Source of the DNA: an uncultured Thermoplasmata archaeon | GTDB lineage: Archaea > Thermoplasmatota > Thermoplasmata > UBA10834 | Length of the DNA stretch: 64,000 nt | Reading direction: 5' to 3' | Assembly (NCBI GenBank): GCA_963719945.1 | Contig: CAVRDX010000001.1 | Coordinates: 224,001-288,000 of the forward strand | In this document: positions 1-10,673 of the stretch, piece after piece | Position numbering within the stretch: the first letter of the stretch is position 1 | Layout of the letters: each line of letters starts with the position of its first letter | Notes under the pieces: generated by a model | Told to the model about the DNA's origin: nothing | Database searches by the model: none | What the model saw: only the letters and a program-made list of their open reading frames with translations | Position numbers and translations under genes: made by a program

Positions 1-1032
1 CTCTCCAGCCGTCTCAGTCAGCCAGATTATCGGGGTCACCTGGATGTTGAACCTCTCCCTGATGTTCTCTGGAAATTCCCTCGTCACTATGATCCCTCTG
101 GGAATCAGGTATTCAAGCGTCGCTGATGCGGAATCTTCCTTTCCAGGGATATGGGCGTCAGGTCTGAGAGGCAGGGATATCAGTTCTGAGAACAGTCGCA
201 TGGCCGAACCAGACTCCTCGTCCTCGATGATGTATGGCCCTCGCGGAATGTCGTAAGCTCTGAACCCTGACTTCTTGGCGTTCTCCACCTCTGGATCGAC
301 AATCAGAGCAGTGAACCGTGTCTGCGTTATGGATCCCAGTATGCCTGCGAAGAGCGCAACCATTACCCAGGAATACGGGTTCGGGCCATCGTATTCGATG
401 AAATTGCCCAGAACGATGAACAGGGCGAACTGGGACGCTGGTATGGCTATCCACGCGAGTCCTATGCCCTTCATCACCCCTGCGAATACCCTCGCGCCTT
501 TGCCCTCGTCGAACGCCTCATCCTTTCGCGTCAAGGGAAGGAGGAAATCTATCACTATCGATGCGATGAGGTATGCGAACAATGCGGTGAGGAGGCCCAC
601 CTCGTCCTTTATCTGGGACCCGATCGGATCGATGACCCACGAGTAGACTATCACGACCAGGCCGATGAATCCCCAGGCAGTTATCATGTTCACGGGGTGC
701 TTCTTCATCATATCAGAGAACTGATCGATGCTGCTGAATGTCCTGTATCTCGAGTTCAACGCGACCAGGCAGACGGACAACCATATCATGACCACCATGA
801 AAGTCGCATATATCGCGATGTGCGACTGTTCGCCCCAGGTGCCCAACAGCTCCCTCAAGACCTCGAAGGTCCACAGCAGTGCGATGGATGCGATGAACAG
901 TGTGAATATCCATCCGCGTATCACGGTGAAGAAATCTGAACCCAGCTTCCTGATGTGCACTGCTGAATACATCACAAGGAGAAGCCCCAGTACACTCGGT
1001 GCGATCTCGAAAGCAATCCTCTCCGCGTCCAT
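1..1032 (-). CDS. Multi-pass membrane protein with C-terminal DUF835 domain (truncated by window edge)
   Basis: Not in the ORF track because it has no stop in the window. Manual translation from the ATG at 1032 (GGAGG upstream) gives hydrophobic helices, then GIIVTREFPENIRERFNIQVTPIIWLT, matching the other two DUF835 proteins here. Confidence 0.8.
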   Translation of the reverse strand, partial: MDAERIAFEIAPSVLGLLLVMYSAVHIRKLGSDFFTVIRGWIFTLFIASIALLWTFEVLRELLGTWGEQSHIAIYATFMVVMIWLSVCLVALNSRYRTFSSIDQFSDMMKKHPVNMITAWGFIGLVVIVYSWVIDPIGSQIKDEVGLLTALFAYLIASIVIDFLLPLTRKDEAFDEGKGARVFAGVMKGIGLAWIAIPASQFALFIVLGNFIEYDGPNPYSWVMVALFAGILGSITQTRFTALIVDPEVENAKKSGFRAYDIPRGPYIIEDEESGSAMRLFSELISLPLRPDAHIPGKEDSASATLEYLIPRGIIVTREFPENIRERFNIQVTPIIWLTETAGE

Positions 1033-1160
1033 CGACGAATCCTCCTGTTCCCGATCCTGGCTCGTTCAGGCCGACCGTCTGTGACCTAGACTGGTTTCGG
1101 CCGTCCCACCCAATGAGGTATCTATGGTATTATGATTATTGGCTCGTTGGACCGATGCCA

Positions 1161-2852
1161 TCAATTCTTCTGGATGGTCATGACGGCTCCATTGCTTGCG
1201 GAGCTCACACCCTCTCTATATCTCGCGAGGTATCCGGACACCGCCACTTTTGGAGCCTTCCGCTCCTTCAGCCTTGATTTGACCTCCCTCTGGGAGATCA
1301 GCACCTCGATCTCTCTCTCGTCCAGATCGACCCGGATTATGTCTCCGTTCCTGACTGCGGCGATTGCTCCGCCGGAATAAGCCTCGGGCGATATATGGCC
1401 TATCGACAGTCCCTTCGTGCCTCCGGAGAATCGTCCATCCGTGATGAGCGCGACCGATTCCCCGAGACCAAGGCCAGCTATCATTGATGTGGGGCCGAGC
1501 ATCTCAGGCATGCCTGGAGCGCCCTGCGGTCCCTGGTATCGGATTATCACGGCGTCTCCAGCCTTTATCGCGCCCTTCATCATCGCATTCGTCGCAGCCT
1601 TCTCGGTGTCGAAGACCTTCGCTGGGCCCTCGAAGCGCCTCATGGAATCAACGACCGCCGCCTGCTTGATCACGCATCCTTCCTCAGCAAGGTTGCCGTA
1701 CAATATGGCTATGCCTCCTTCTTCGTGATACGCCTTATCGAGCGGTCTGATGACATCAGCATCAATTACGGAGGATGCCTTCGCGATCTCGAGAGTCTTC
1801 CTCCCCGAGACCGTGTCTGTATTCTTCAGGGAGCCTGAAAGCCTGTTTAACACCGCGGGTATCCCGCCAGCTCTCTCGAAATCGTCCATGAAATGATGGC
1901 CTCCGGGTTTCAAGGCCACTATGTGTTTGGTCTCGCGGGAGAGCCTATCGAACACGGACAGTTCAAGATCCAGACCGAACTCTTTTGCTATCGCGACCAA
2001 GTGAAGACAAGTGTTCGTCGAACCGCCGATGGCGTTGTCGACCCTGATGGCGTTCTCGAGGCCATCCTTGGTGACTATGTCTCTTGGCCGGATGTCCTTC
2101 CTGACCAGCTCGACAGCGACTATTCCAGTTCTCCTGGCAGTGACCAGTTTCTCCTTTGAGATCGCATGCTCTGTAGCGGATCCCGTCAGGCTCATCCCCA
2201 TCGCTTCGGTCAAACAGGCCATGGTGTTGGCCGTGAATAGTCCAGAGCACGATCCTGGTCCTGGACATGCGCGTCTCTCGATCTCGTCAAGGTCCTCCTG
2301 CGTGATCCTGCCTGCAGCGAGCTCACCGACCGCTTCGAATATGGATATCACATCGAGCTTGCGGTCCTTGTACTTCCCAGGCATCATAGGTCCGCCTGTC
2401 AGCATGATTGCAGGTATGTTCAGTCTCCCTGCCGCCATGAGCATGCCAGGCGTTATCTTGTCGCAGTTGGTGACCCCTACCCATCCGTCCGCGACATGCG
2501 CTTCGACCATGGCCTCCACCGTGTCTGCGATTATCTCCCTAGATGGAAGCGAGTATCTCATGCCCTCCAATCCCATCGCTATTCCATCACAGATGCCTGG
2601 TACCCCGAACTCGAAGGCGACTCCACCGGCCTCCTCGATGCCTTTCTTGACCTCGGCAACCAGCAGGTTCATGTGTATATGGCCAGGGACGATCGTGTTG
2701 TACGAGTTGGCGATTGCAATGATCGGTTTATCGAAATCCTCATCCTTCATACCGACCGCTCTGAACAATCCTCTCGCGGAAGCCCGCGAATTCCCTTTCT
2801 TCACCGCATCGCTCCTGAGCGTGGTGCCCTTGATATTCTGGACCAACCTCAT
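1161..2852 (-). CDS. ilvD: Dihydroxy-acid dehydratase
   Basis: PGHIH, CDGIAMG, NCDKITPG, CSGLFTANTM, GPQGAPGMPEM and ITDGRFSGG motifs; ATGA overlap with the lysC stop. Confidence 0.97.
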   Translation of the reverse strand: MRLVQNIKGTTLRSDAVKKGNSRASARGLFRAVGMKDEDFDKPIIAIANSYNTIVPGHIHMNLLVAEVKKGIEEAGGVAFEFGVPGICDGIAMGLEGMRYSLPSREIIADTVEAMVEAHVADGWVGVTNCDKITPGMLMAAGRLNIPAIMLTGGPMMPGKYKDRKLDVISIFEAVGELAAGRITQEDLDEIERRACPGPGSCSGLFTANTMACLTEAMGMSLTGSATEHAISKEKLVTARRTGIVAVELVRKDIRPRDIVTKDGLENAIRVDNAIGGSTNTCLHLVAIAKEFGLDLELSVFDRLSRETKHIVALKPGGHHFMDDFERAGGIPAVLNRLSGSLKNTDTVSGRKTLEIAKASSVIDADVIRPLDKAYHEEGGIAILYGNLAEEGCVIKQAAVVDSMRRFEGPAKVFDTEKAATNAMMKGAIKAGDAVIIRYQGPQGAPGMPEMLGPTSMIAGLGLGESVALITDGRFSGGTKGLSIGHISPEAYSGGAIAAVRNGDIIRVDLDEREIEVLISQREVKSRLKERKAPKVAVSGYLARYREGVSSASNGAVMTIQKN

Positions 2853-4252
2853 ACCCCCAGTTTGAAATCTTCATGAAGTGCATTAACTGCTTTGACCGCG
2901 TCCTTGCTCTTTATTATGCATGATATGTTGAGTTCGGATGAGCCTTGAGCGATGGCTCGGATGTTGATGTTCTCCTTTGCCATGGTGGAGAACACCCTGG
3001 CGGCGACTCCTGGAGTTCCTTTCATGCCCGCTCCGACCACTGCAATTATGCTCAACCCCGTCTCGATATTGACTTCTCTGACCTGCTTGGAACCCAGCAG
3101 GGAAAGCTCAAGCGCGTTCTGCGCCCCTGAGCCGCTCTCCTTCGGTATGGCGAGCGTGATACTCTCCTCTGAGGAACTCTGCGATATCATCAGGACATCG
3201 ATGTCCTCATCCGTTAGGATCTGCAGGACCTTGGCCGGAAGTCTTGGGGTGCCAACCATGCTCGCACCGCAGACTGTGATCAGGTCGACATCGTCTATGT
3301 TGGTGATCGCCTTCACTACATCGCCATCTTTGACCTTGACCTCGCTGACGATGGTGGATCCTGGTCTATCAGGGTCCGTCAGGCTCTTGACTCTGAACGG
3401 CAATTGATACTTGGCCGCGCATTCGAGCGCCTTCGGATGGATGATCTCAGCGCCGAAGTGTGCCAGTTCCATGGCTTCCGGGAATGAGATGCTGTCGATC
3501 ATCCTGGCGTTCTTCACGATCTTCGGGTTCGCAGTCATGAGTCCGTCGACGTCCTTCCATACCCACACCTCGTCGGACCTTATCGAAGCGCCGATTATGG
3601 ATGCGGTATAATCCGAACCTCCTCGACCGATTGTCGTCTGGATGCCCTCCTGGGTCTGGGCTATGAAACCGCTGACGATGGGTATGGTTCCCTCCTCCAT
3701 GACCGGGCCGAGATTCTGTCTCACCTGGAGTATCGTCATGTTCATGAGCGGTTGGGCAGCGCCGAAATTGTCATCCGTCACTATTCCTGCCTCTCCACCA
3801 GAGATCGCCTTCGCCTTCATGTCCAGGTCTTCGAAAACACCTTGAAGCACGGGCGCTGCGAGTCTCTCACCGAAACCTATGACATAATCCCGCGATCTCG
3901 GAGTGAGCTCACCTATGTGTGCGATGCCGAGCAGGATGTTCCGGAGGTCATCGCAAGTTGATGTTACGACGTGCAGGGTCTTGTCCAATATCTCACGGTT
4001 CTTGATTGCGCCTTCACAGGCCTTCCTGTGCCTGTCGGTGAGATCATCCACGTATTTCCGGACCTGCTCCTTGCGCCCTCGACCCGCTTGTGAAGCGGCA
4101 TCTATCAGCGAGTTGGTCACGGAGTGCATGGCGGATGTGACGACTGCGATCTGGTCACCTCGCTCATGGAACTTGTGGACGATCGTGCCGACCTTCCTGA
4201 ATCCCTCTCCGTCCGCAACGCTGACTCCTCCGAACTTCATCACCAATCTCAT
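2849..4252 (-). CDS. lysC: Aspartate kinase with ACT domains
   Basis: VMKFGG, VTSAM, GERL, TTIGRGGSDYTA and DVDG motifs; two C-terminal ACT domains. Confidence 0.96.
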   Translation of the reverse strand: MRLVMKFGGVSVADGEGFRKVGTIVHKFHERGDQIAVVTSAMHSVTNSLIDAASQAGRGRKEQVRKYVDDLTDRHRKACEGAIKNREILDKTLHVVTSTCDDLRNILLGIAHIGELTPRSRDYVIGFGERLAAPVLQGVFEDLDMKAKAISGGEAGIVTDDNFGAAQPLMNMTILQVRQNLGPVMEEGTIPIVSGFIAQTQEGIQTTIGRGGSDYTASIIGASIRSDEVWVWKDVDGLMTANPKIVKNARMIDSISFPEAMELAHFGAEIIHPKALECAAKYQLPFRVKSLTDPDRPGSTIVSEVKVKDGDVVKAITNIDDVDLITVCGASMVGTPRLPAKVLQILTDEDIDVLMISQSSSEESITLAIPKESGSGAQNALELSLLGSKQVREVNIETGLSIIAVVGAGMKGTPGVAARVFSTMAKENINIRAIAQGSSELNISCIIKSKDAVKAVNALHEDFKLGV

Positions 4253-4279
4253 TGCTTACCAACTCTCGATGTGAATGTG

Positions 4280-5305
4280 CTACCTAGCGTATGCTCTGCG
4301 TATCTCTAGCAGGTCCCTGATCACAGAGGTCGCTGTCTCAGGACCTCCTGCGCCTTTGCCCACGAGTGTGACCTCACCTGAAGGGTATGTGTCGAAGCAG
4401 ATCGCGTTGAACGTGCCCGATACATTGAGCGGGTGTGTGAGTTTCACTCTCTGAGGAGAGACCGTTGCCTTGCCGTCAGTAACGCTGCCTATGAGCTTCA
4501 TCGTCTCTCCTTCCGAAAGCGCTCTCTTGATGTCTTCGACGGAGAGGTCGGTGATCCCTCGTATATCGATTTCCTTGATGGAAAGACCTGTGCCAAGCAC
4601 ATGGTTTGATGTTATCACGAGTTTACATGCGGTATCGAGTCCTTCTACGTCGTATGTGGGGTCGGCCTCAGCGTACCCCAACCGCTGAGCATCTGCGAGT
4701 GCATCCTTCATGGTGGCGGACTCGTTCGCCATCCTTGTGAGAATGTAATTGCAGGTACCATTCAGTATGCCCTTTATCGACCGGACTTCGCTGCCCTCCA
4801 GACATTTCTTCGCGAAATCTAGGACAGGGGTCCCGCCTCCGACTGTGCCACTGAACTTGAGGATGATCTCGTTGTGATGGGCCAACTCAATCAGGGCTGG
4901 CATCGCAAGGGCCAATGGGCCCTTGTTTGTGCATACGACATGACGCCCTTTCATCATAGCTGTCTTGAGGTGTGTCAGTCCTGGCTCGGCCGTCGTGATC
5001 TCCGTAGGGGTGGATTCGACTACGACATCGCAGTCCACTTCCTTGATGACTTGGGTACCGGTCATGCCTTCATGATATATGCCCCCGAATCCGCTCAGGT
5101 TTCCCTTGTCCTTCTTGGACTCGAGCGCCCTTCTGAGATCTATACCTGTCTGGGATATCGCAGCTCCTCTGCTGTCAACTATGCCAACGATCTTCGGCTT
5201 CAATCCGTATCTTCTTGCAAGAGATTCTCCATCCGATTCGACTATCTCCGCGAAGCTCCTAGCGACGACTCCGAAACCGACGAGGATTACTCTCAAATCA
5301 AGCAT
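4280..5305 (-). CDS. hom: Homoserine dehydrogenase
   Basis: GFGVV Rossmann motif, TNKGP, GILNGTCNYIL, GYAEADPTYDVEG and GKGAGG. Confidence 0.96.
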   Translation of the reverse strand: MLDLRVILVGFGVVARSFAEIVESDGESLARRYGLKPKIVGIVDSRGAAISQTGIDLRRALESKKDKGNLSGFGGIYHEGMTGTQVIKEVDCDVVVESTPTEITTAEPGLTHLKTAMMKGRHVVCTNKGPLALAMPALIELAHHNEIILKFSGTVGGGTPVLDFAKKCLEGSEVRSIKGILNGTCNYILTRMANESATMKDALADAQRLGYAEADPTYDVEGLDTACKLVITSNHVLGTGLSIKEIDIRGITDLSVEDIKRALSEGETMKLIGSVTDGKATVSPQRVKLTHPLNVSGTFNAICFDTYPSGEVTLVGKGAGGPETATSVIRDLLEIRRAYAR

Positions 5306-6533
5306 CCTCCAGGAGTTTCTCGAGTGCCTTCATGTCCGCATCTATCACATGAGGTTTCGAGCATTGTTTGATCGCAGTGTCCGGGTCCTTCAGTCCGTGC
5401 CCCGTCGATATGCAGACTATCTTCGCTGATCTATCGATGAGCCCGCTCGCGACATCCTTCGCAAGGCCTGCGACAGCCGCTGCGCCCGCTGGCTCGGGGA
5501 ATACCCCTTCCAGGGTCGCCATCAATCTCTGAGCGTCGAGTATCTCATCATCCGTGACGGTGAAAGCTGTTCCCTTTGATTCCTTGATTGCCCTGACGGT
5601 CTTCTTCCAGTTAGCAGGGTTGCCTATCCTTATCGCAGTGGCAATCGTTTCAGGCTTCTGGACAGGGACCATCGTATCCACACCTTTCGCGAACATCTCG
5701 GCGATGGGGGCGGACCCGACCGCCTGGACTCCCCTGATCTCTGGACGGCCTGCGACGAGGTCTAGCGCCTCGTATTCTTTGAACCCTTTCCAGTAGGCGG
5801 ACGAATTGCCTCCGTTCCCGACGGGCACATAGAGCGCATCCGGGCATGTACCTTCGAGTTGGTCGCACACCTCAAATGCGGCCGTCTTCTGTCCCTCGAT
5901 CCTGAACGGGTTGACCGAGTTAAGGACATACATGCCGAGGGAATCCGATGATCTCATGACCATGTCAAGAGCCTGGTCGAAATTTCCCCGAACAGAGACG
6001 ACAGTCGCTCCGTGCATCATCGCCTGTGCGAGCTTTCCCAGTGCCACCTTCCCTTCCGGTATCAGGACGACACATCTCACACCCGCGTGTCCTGCGTAGG
6101 CCGCGAGTGACGCAGAAGTGTTGCCGGTCGAAGCGCAGGTGACCACTTTCATCCCAAGCTCCATCGCCTTCGTGATTCCCATGGTCATGCCGCGGTCTTT
6201 GAATGACCCCGTGGGATTTGTACCATCGAATTTGAGCCATAGATGGCTGAGGCCTAGATGTTCCGCAAGTCTGTCGCATCTGACTAGCGGCGTCCCTCCC
6301 TCTCCTCTCGTGTATATCCTGGTGTTCTCGGTTACCGGTAACAGTTCTCTGTACTTCCAGACCGATAGCCGCCTGGATGAGAAATCGGTCTTCGACAGCC
6401 TCTCCCTTGCGGAATCGATGTCGACGCTGATCTCCAGAAGATTGCCGCACGAGCTGCATGCATAGGCAGGCCTGGACATATCGTGGACTCTTCCGCATTC
6501 CATGCACTTCATTTCAAAGAACGGCAAACGCAT
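5298..6533 (-). CDS. thrC: Threonine synthase with N-terminal Zn ribbon
   Basis: CMEC/CSSC ribbon, NPTGSFKDRG (PLP lysine), CASTGNT and PVGNGGN. Confidence 0.96.
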   Translation of the reverse strand: MRLPFFEMKCMECGRVHDMSRPAYACSSCGNLLEISVDIDSARERLSKTDFSSRRLSVWKYRELLPVTENTRIYTRGEGGTPLVRCDRLAEHLGLSHLWLKFDGTNPTGSFKDRGMTMGITKAMELGMKVVTCASTGNTSASLAAYAGHAGVRCVVLIPEGKVALGKLAQAMMHGATVVSVRGNFDQALDMVMRSSDSLGMYVLNSVNPFRIEGQKTAAFEVCDQLEGTCPDALYVPVGNGGNSSAYWKGFKEYEALDLVAGRPEIRGVQAVGSAPIAEMFAKGVDTMVPVQKPETIATAIRIGNPANWKKTVRAIKESKGTAFTVTDDEILDAQRLMATLEGVFPEPAGAAAVAGLAKDVASGLIDRSAKIVCISTGHGLKDPDTAIKQCSKPHVIDADMKALEKLLEDA

Positions 6534-6719
6534 TCCTCATGGGGCGCGCATGCTATGTTTAGAGTGAATATAAGCCCTTCGCACATCTGGTCATCATCTT
6601 ATTGGTGGTGCGAGCCATCTGGCAACGGCATTTTGCACAAATATGTCCATGGCGAGAATGTTCGATCACAGAGCTTCTTTAATATGCCTTTGTCTCATCC
6701 CCTCCGGTGGGGACAGATC

Positions 6720-7646
6720 ATGAGGTACAGCAAGGTGGTCATATCTTCGCCCGCGACTTTGGCGAATTTCGGTCCGGGATTCGATTCATTCGGATTGTGC
6801 TTGGGCTCTCCAAGGGACACAGTCACTATCCAATTGAAACAACCTGGCATACGCGAGGTCAAGGTATCTGGACGGAGCGGCATACCGACAGATCCTGAGA
6901 AGAACACCGCATCCTATGCTGCCATGCGTCTCGCCGATATGTGTGGATGCGAAGAATACGGTTTCTCGATGACCATCAAGAAAGGCATGAAACCTGGCAG
7001 TGGTATTGGCAGCAGTGCTGCCTCGTCCGTCGGCGGAGCGCTCGCAATGGCTACGCTGATGGGCATGCGCGACGAATCGCTCATTCTCGAAGCGGCGGCC
7101 ATGGGTGAGGAACTGATCGCAGGTGCTAGGCATTTCGATAATGTCGCTGCGGCGCTGCACGGAGGATTCACTGTGGTATCCGATGCTCGCAAGCGAACGA
7201 TATTGAGGATCAAACCTCCGAACTTCCAGATCGTCGTCGTGCTTCCTGAGGTCTCCGTGGAGACACGCGAGGCGCGTGCGGTCCTTCCAAAATCAGTGCC
7301 GATGTCGGATGCCGTGAGCAATCTCTCCATGGCCTCTGGCATGGTATATGCGATGATAAAGCGCGATGTCCGCGCAGTTGGTGCATATCTCGAGGACACA
7401 CTCTCTGTCCCATATAGGAAGAAGCTGGTGCCTGGGTTCGACGAAGTGCGAAAGAGCGCACTCGATTCCGGAGCGCTGGGTGTTTCCCTGGGAGGGTCCG
7501 GACCAGCGGTCTTCGCGATAGCTCTGGAAGACGCGTCGAAGATCAAGCGGGCAATGGTGCGCACGTTCCGGGAATCTTCCGGCCTTGAATCAGAGTCCTT
7601 CATAACGGTTCCTGGCGAAGGCGCCAGAGTTGTGAAGGTCTATTGA
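6720..7646 (+). CDS. thrB: Homoserine kinase (GHMP family)
   Basis: PATLANFGPGFD, GSGIGSS, HFDNV and GSGP motifs. Start moved to the ATG at 6720; the ORF-track start overlaps thrC. Confidence 0.95.
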   Translation: MRYSKVVISSPATLANFGPGFDSFGLCLGSPRDTVTIQLKQPGIREVKVSGRSGIPTDPEKNTASYAAMRLADMCGCEEYGFSMTIKKGMKPGSGIGSSAASSVGGALAMATLMGMRDESLILEAAAMGEELIAGARHFDNVAAALHGGFTVVSDARKRTILRIKPPNFQIVVVLPEVSVETREARAVLPKSVPMSDAVSNLSMASGMVYAMIKRDVRAVGAYLEDTLSVPYRKKLVPGFDEVRKSALDSGALGVSLGGSGPAVFAIALEDASKIKRAMVRTFRESSGLESESFITVPGEGARVVKVY

Positions 7647-7689
7647 CATGGCATGCCCGCCGCGCTGGAAACCGTTGGGCAATGTGACA

Positions 7690-8619
7690 CTAGAATGCTA
7701 TCTTCTCGCCGGGCACCCTCGGGAAGAGTGAGATGTCCCTCACGTGGCTCTGCCCTGTCAAGAATCTGATCATTCTCTCGATTCCAAGGCCGCCTCCGAC
7801 GGTACGAGGTATCAATCCTTGCGTAGCCGCCTCGAGGTATCTCTTGTAGGCGTCCATGTTGGTCCTGCGTTCCATCATCTTGCGGATGATCTCCTGGTAC
7901 TCCCACTCCCTCTCGCCTCCGGAAAGGGCTTCGCCATATCCTTCTGGCCAGAAAACATCGTAGTTGTGGTAGTATCCCTTCCGCTCCTTGTCTTCCCTGT
8001 CGTAGAACTCGCGGCGGAAGTTCAGGACCCAGAACGGGTCCTTCTCCGTCTCGGATGCGACCTTCTCGAAATCATCGCCGTATTTCGCCTTCAATTCCTC
8101 GGATTCGAAGATCTTCAGAGGGAGCTTCGGAGTTTCCAGCTTCCTGTCGAGCGCTCTCAAATCATCCGAGCACTCCTTCTTGACGAACTCGAAGACCTTC
8201 AAGATCATTCCATCGACGAGTTCCTTGAATTCCTTCTTGGTCTTGTCCTTCATCTCGATGTCTACCTGGGTGAACTCGAAAAGGTGCCTTCCCGTGGATC
8301 CCAGGTCGCCCTGCTCGAGCCTCACGTTCGGGGACATTATGTAGATCTTGTCGAAACCATCGTTCAGAAGAGCGAGCTGCTTGTGCATTATCATGCTCTT
8401 TGTGAGATGCAGTCTCTGCCCGTAGTATTCCACCGATGCGTCGAAATGGGGATGGTTGAGGGGGTCGGTCTCAGGGGACAATATGACTGGCATCGCTTGG
8501 ACCACACGGTTCTCGTACATGTAATCGTGAATCGCTTTCAGAGCGGCACTCTGGATCCTGAGTATATGTCCCATCTTGCTCTCTTTCAGGTGCAATACGG
8601 TTTCCTGCATGCTTATCAT
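7690..8619 (-). CDS. asnA: Archaeal asparagine synthetase A (AsnRS-catalytic-domain-like)
   Basis: SPETDPL, LTKSMIMHKQ, SPNVRLE, RHLFEFTQVD, EALSGGERE and GGGLGIER; no anticodon-binding domain. Start could be 8655, 8619 or 8610. Confidence 0.9.
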   Translation of the reverse strand: MISMQETVLHLKESKMGHILRIQSAALKAIHDYMYENRVVQAMPVILSPETDPLNHPHFDASVEYYGQRLHLTKSMIMHKQLALLNDGFDKIYIMSPNVRLEQGDLGSTGRHLFEFTQVDIEMKDKTKKEFKELVDGMILKVFEFVKKECSDDLRALDRKLETPKLPLKIFESEELKAKYGDDFEKVASETEKDPFWVLNFRREFYDREDKERKGYYHNYDVFWPEGYGEALSGGEREWEYQEIIRKMMERRTNMDAYKRYLEAATQGLIPRTVGGGLGIERMIRFLTGQSHVRDISLFPRVPGEKIAF

Positions 8620-8710
8620 CGACGAAAGACGACAAGTCGGGATAGTATTTGACATTTACTTCTATTTTAACGGAAACAATCCGAATAAGGGCAATATTCA
8701 TATAAGAAAG

Positions 8711-8725
8711 CCGTCATATTGACGG
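8711..8725. promoter_or_regulatory. Palindromic putative Lrp operator CCGTCA-TAT-TGACGG
   Basis: Perfect 6-3-6 inverted repeat between a TATA-like element (about 8699-8706) and the Lrp ATG at 8729. Confidence 0.55.
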
Positions 8726-8728
8726 TTT

Positions 8729-9166
8729 ATGCTTGATGAGAAGGACTCGACCATACTCGAGGAGTTGATGAAAGACGCGAGGAAGACCACCAAGGCGATA
8801 GCTCGCGAATTGGAGATCCCGAGGGCGACAGTCCATGACAGGATCGTCAAGATGGAGCAGAAGGGGATCATTCGCAAATACACGGCGCTCCCGGACTATT
8901 CCGCGCTGAGCCTGGGTGTCTCTGCTTTCATCCTCGTTCAGTTCGAGGCAGAGAAAGGGCTCTCTCAGAGGGACACGGCCGAAGAGATCGCCACCATCCG
9001 TGGGATATTCGAAGTCCACATGATATCCGGAGAGTATGACATGCTCCTGAAAGTGCGCGGTTCAAGCATGGAAGAGATCGGCCAGCTGGTCATTGATAGA
9101 TTGAGAGAAGTGAGAGGCGTGGCGCGCACGCTTACCTGCGCGTGCTTCACCACGGTAAAGGAATAA
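8729..9166 (+). CDS. Lrp/AsnC family transcriptional regulator
   Basis: LDEKDSTIL..DAR..IAREL HTH, and a RAM domain (SGEYDMLLKV); divergent from asnA. Confidence 0.95.
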   Translation: MLDEKDSTILEELMKDARKTTKAIARELEIPRATVHDRIVKMEQKGIIRKYTALPDYSALSLGVSAFILVQFEAEKGLSQRDTAEEIATIRGIFEVHMISGEYDMLLKVRGSSMEEIGQLVIDRLREVRGVARTLTCACFTTVKE

Positions 9167-9177
9167 TGAGTTTGCGG

Positions 9178-10620
9178 CTACCTGCTTCTCTTCTTGAGGA
9201 GCCTATCCACGGTCTCACCGAGTTCTTTTGGAACGGGTTCAACACGGTGCTCCTTGAATATGCGCCTGACTTCTTGTGCGGCGCGGTCGAGCAGTGTCTT
9301 CGAACCCTTCTGCGTCCACGAATCCCAGGATGTCCTGTCTGCCAGGGTCGGCATGAAATGCTCTGTCCTGAATTTCTCCACAGTGTGCCTCTGTCCTAGG
9401 TAATCCTTGCCGACGCCCACTTTATGGACGACATCCAGAGCTAGAGAATCCTCGTTTACTTCCATTCCTCTGGCCATCCGGCCAATCATACGAGACATTT
9501 CCGAATCGATGACCAACTGCTCCAGCCAGACTGTCCTACAGTCCTCGAGCAATCCTATACCGGCAATCATGTCCGCTCCTGCAAGTATTGGTGGTATAGC
9601 GCTTGCGAGTTTCTCTGCGGATGCCTGCTGGTCGGGTTCTTTGGATGTGGTGACAAAACCGCCCACGAGTGCAGGGAATCCGAAGTAATGCGCCATCTGC
9701 GCGTATGCAGCGGAAGTCAGACCGTGCTCAGGGCTTCCTCCCGCTCTCGTCGACGCTCTCATGTCCAAGTTGGCCATCCCGGCAGCGAAAACGAAAGATG
9801 TGCCAATCTGGTTCAACTGGAAGATCGTGTTGCCTGCCAGTGCCTCAGCAACCCCGACGGCCACCGATCCTGCGAGCGTCGCCGGACCTGTCGCACCTGG
9901 TCCGGGCATCACATAGAAGCAGATCGGTATGCCTGCGTCTGCCGCCACGAACCCTGCTTCCAGTCCCTCACCCTCGATCTGAAGTGGCGATGAGCTGGTA
10001 TGAATCGAAGATATGATCGGTCTCTTCCTCAGCTCGTCCCGTCCTCCGACTGCTGCGGAGGCGAGTTCGATGACATCTTCGACCTCCCATGAGGTAGTAT
10101 CCGTTGCGATCGTGATGTGCTTCTCCGTATTCTCGAGTGATGCCTGAAGGTCGTGAATGTGCCTCGTCCCTTGAGGGACGTCCTGGGATGTGACGTTTGG
10201 CCAGTTGACGCCATGCCCTGATAGGGCATCGGAGATGAAAGCACTCTTTGCAACATCCGATTTCCGGGACTCCCTCCTCTGTCTGGTCTCGAAATCCATC
10301 GCCATGGTGCCGTTGCCGTCGCTGGCGACATATGTATGCTCACCGTCGAGCCGCGCATCGTGTTTCCTTGTCCTTCCATAGAACGTGACTGCTCTGTTGT
10401 TCTTCCTGGAGAGCTCCTCAACGAGCCCCTGAGGGAATTTTACGACTGCACTTTTCTTGTCAACATCGCAACCGGCATCTTGAAGCATCTTCTGCGCTTT
10501 TTCGCTTCTGACAGCCACACCGGTCACTTCGAGGATCTCCAAGGCCGCGTAGTGGATCATCCGCATGTCGTCTTCGTTCAGGACATTCCTCTTGTGCGAT
10601 ACGGTTATGCAATTCGCCAT
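9178..10620 (-). CDS. Trimethylamine methyltransferase (MttB) superfamily, non-pyrrolysine member
   Basis: SSPLQ, GATGPATLAGS and SKEPDQQASAEK..LAGADMIAGIGLLE; Lys at the Pyl-equivalent position; no in-frame TAG. Confidence 0.93.
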   Translation of the reverse strand: MANCITVSHKRNVLNEDDMRMIHYAALEILEVTGVAVRSEKAQKMLQDAGCDVDKKSAVVKFPQGLVEELSRKNNRAVTFYGRTRKHDARLDGEHTYVASDGNGTMAMDFETRQRRESRKSDVAKSAFISDALSGHGVNWPNVTSQDVPQGTRHIHDLQASLENTEKHITIATDTTSWEVEDVIELASAAVGGRDELRKRPIISSIHTSSSPLQIEGEGLEAGFVAADAGIPICFYVMPGPGATGPATLAGSVAVGVAEALAGNTIFQLNQIGTSFVFAAGMANLDMRASTRAGGSPEHGLTSAAYAQMAHYFGFPALVGGFVTTSKEPDQQASAEKLASAIPPILAGADMIAGIGLLEDCRTVWLEQLVIDSEMSRMIGRMARGMEVNEDSLALDVVHKVGVGKDYLGQRHTVEKFRTEHFMPTLADRTSWDSWTQKGSKTLLDRAAQEVRRIFKEHRVEPVPKELGETVDRLLKKRSR

Positions 10621-10673
10621 TCGTCATCCCCCAAGATTGAATCTATCTCATTATGTGCTATTTATTGGAAACG

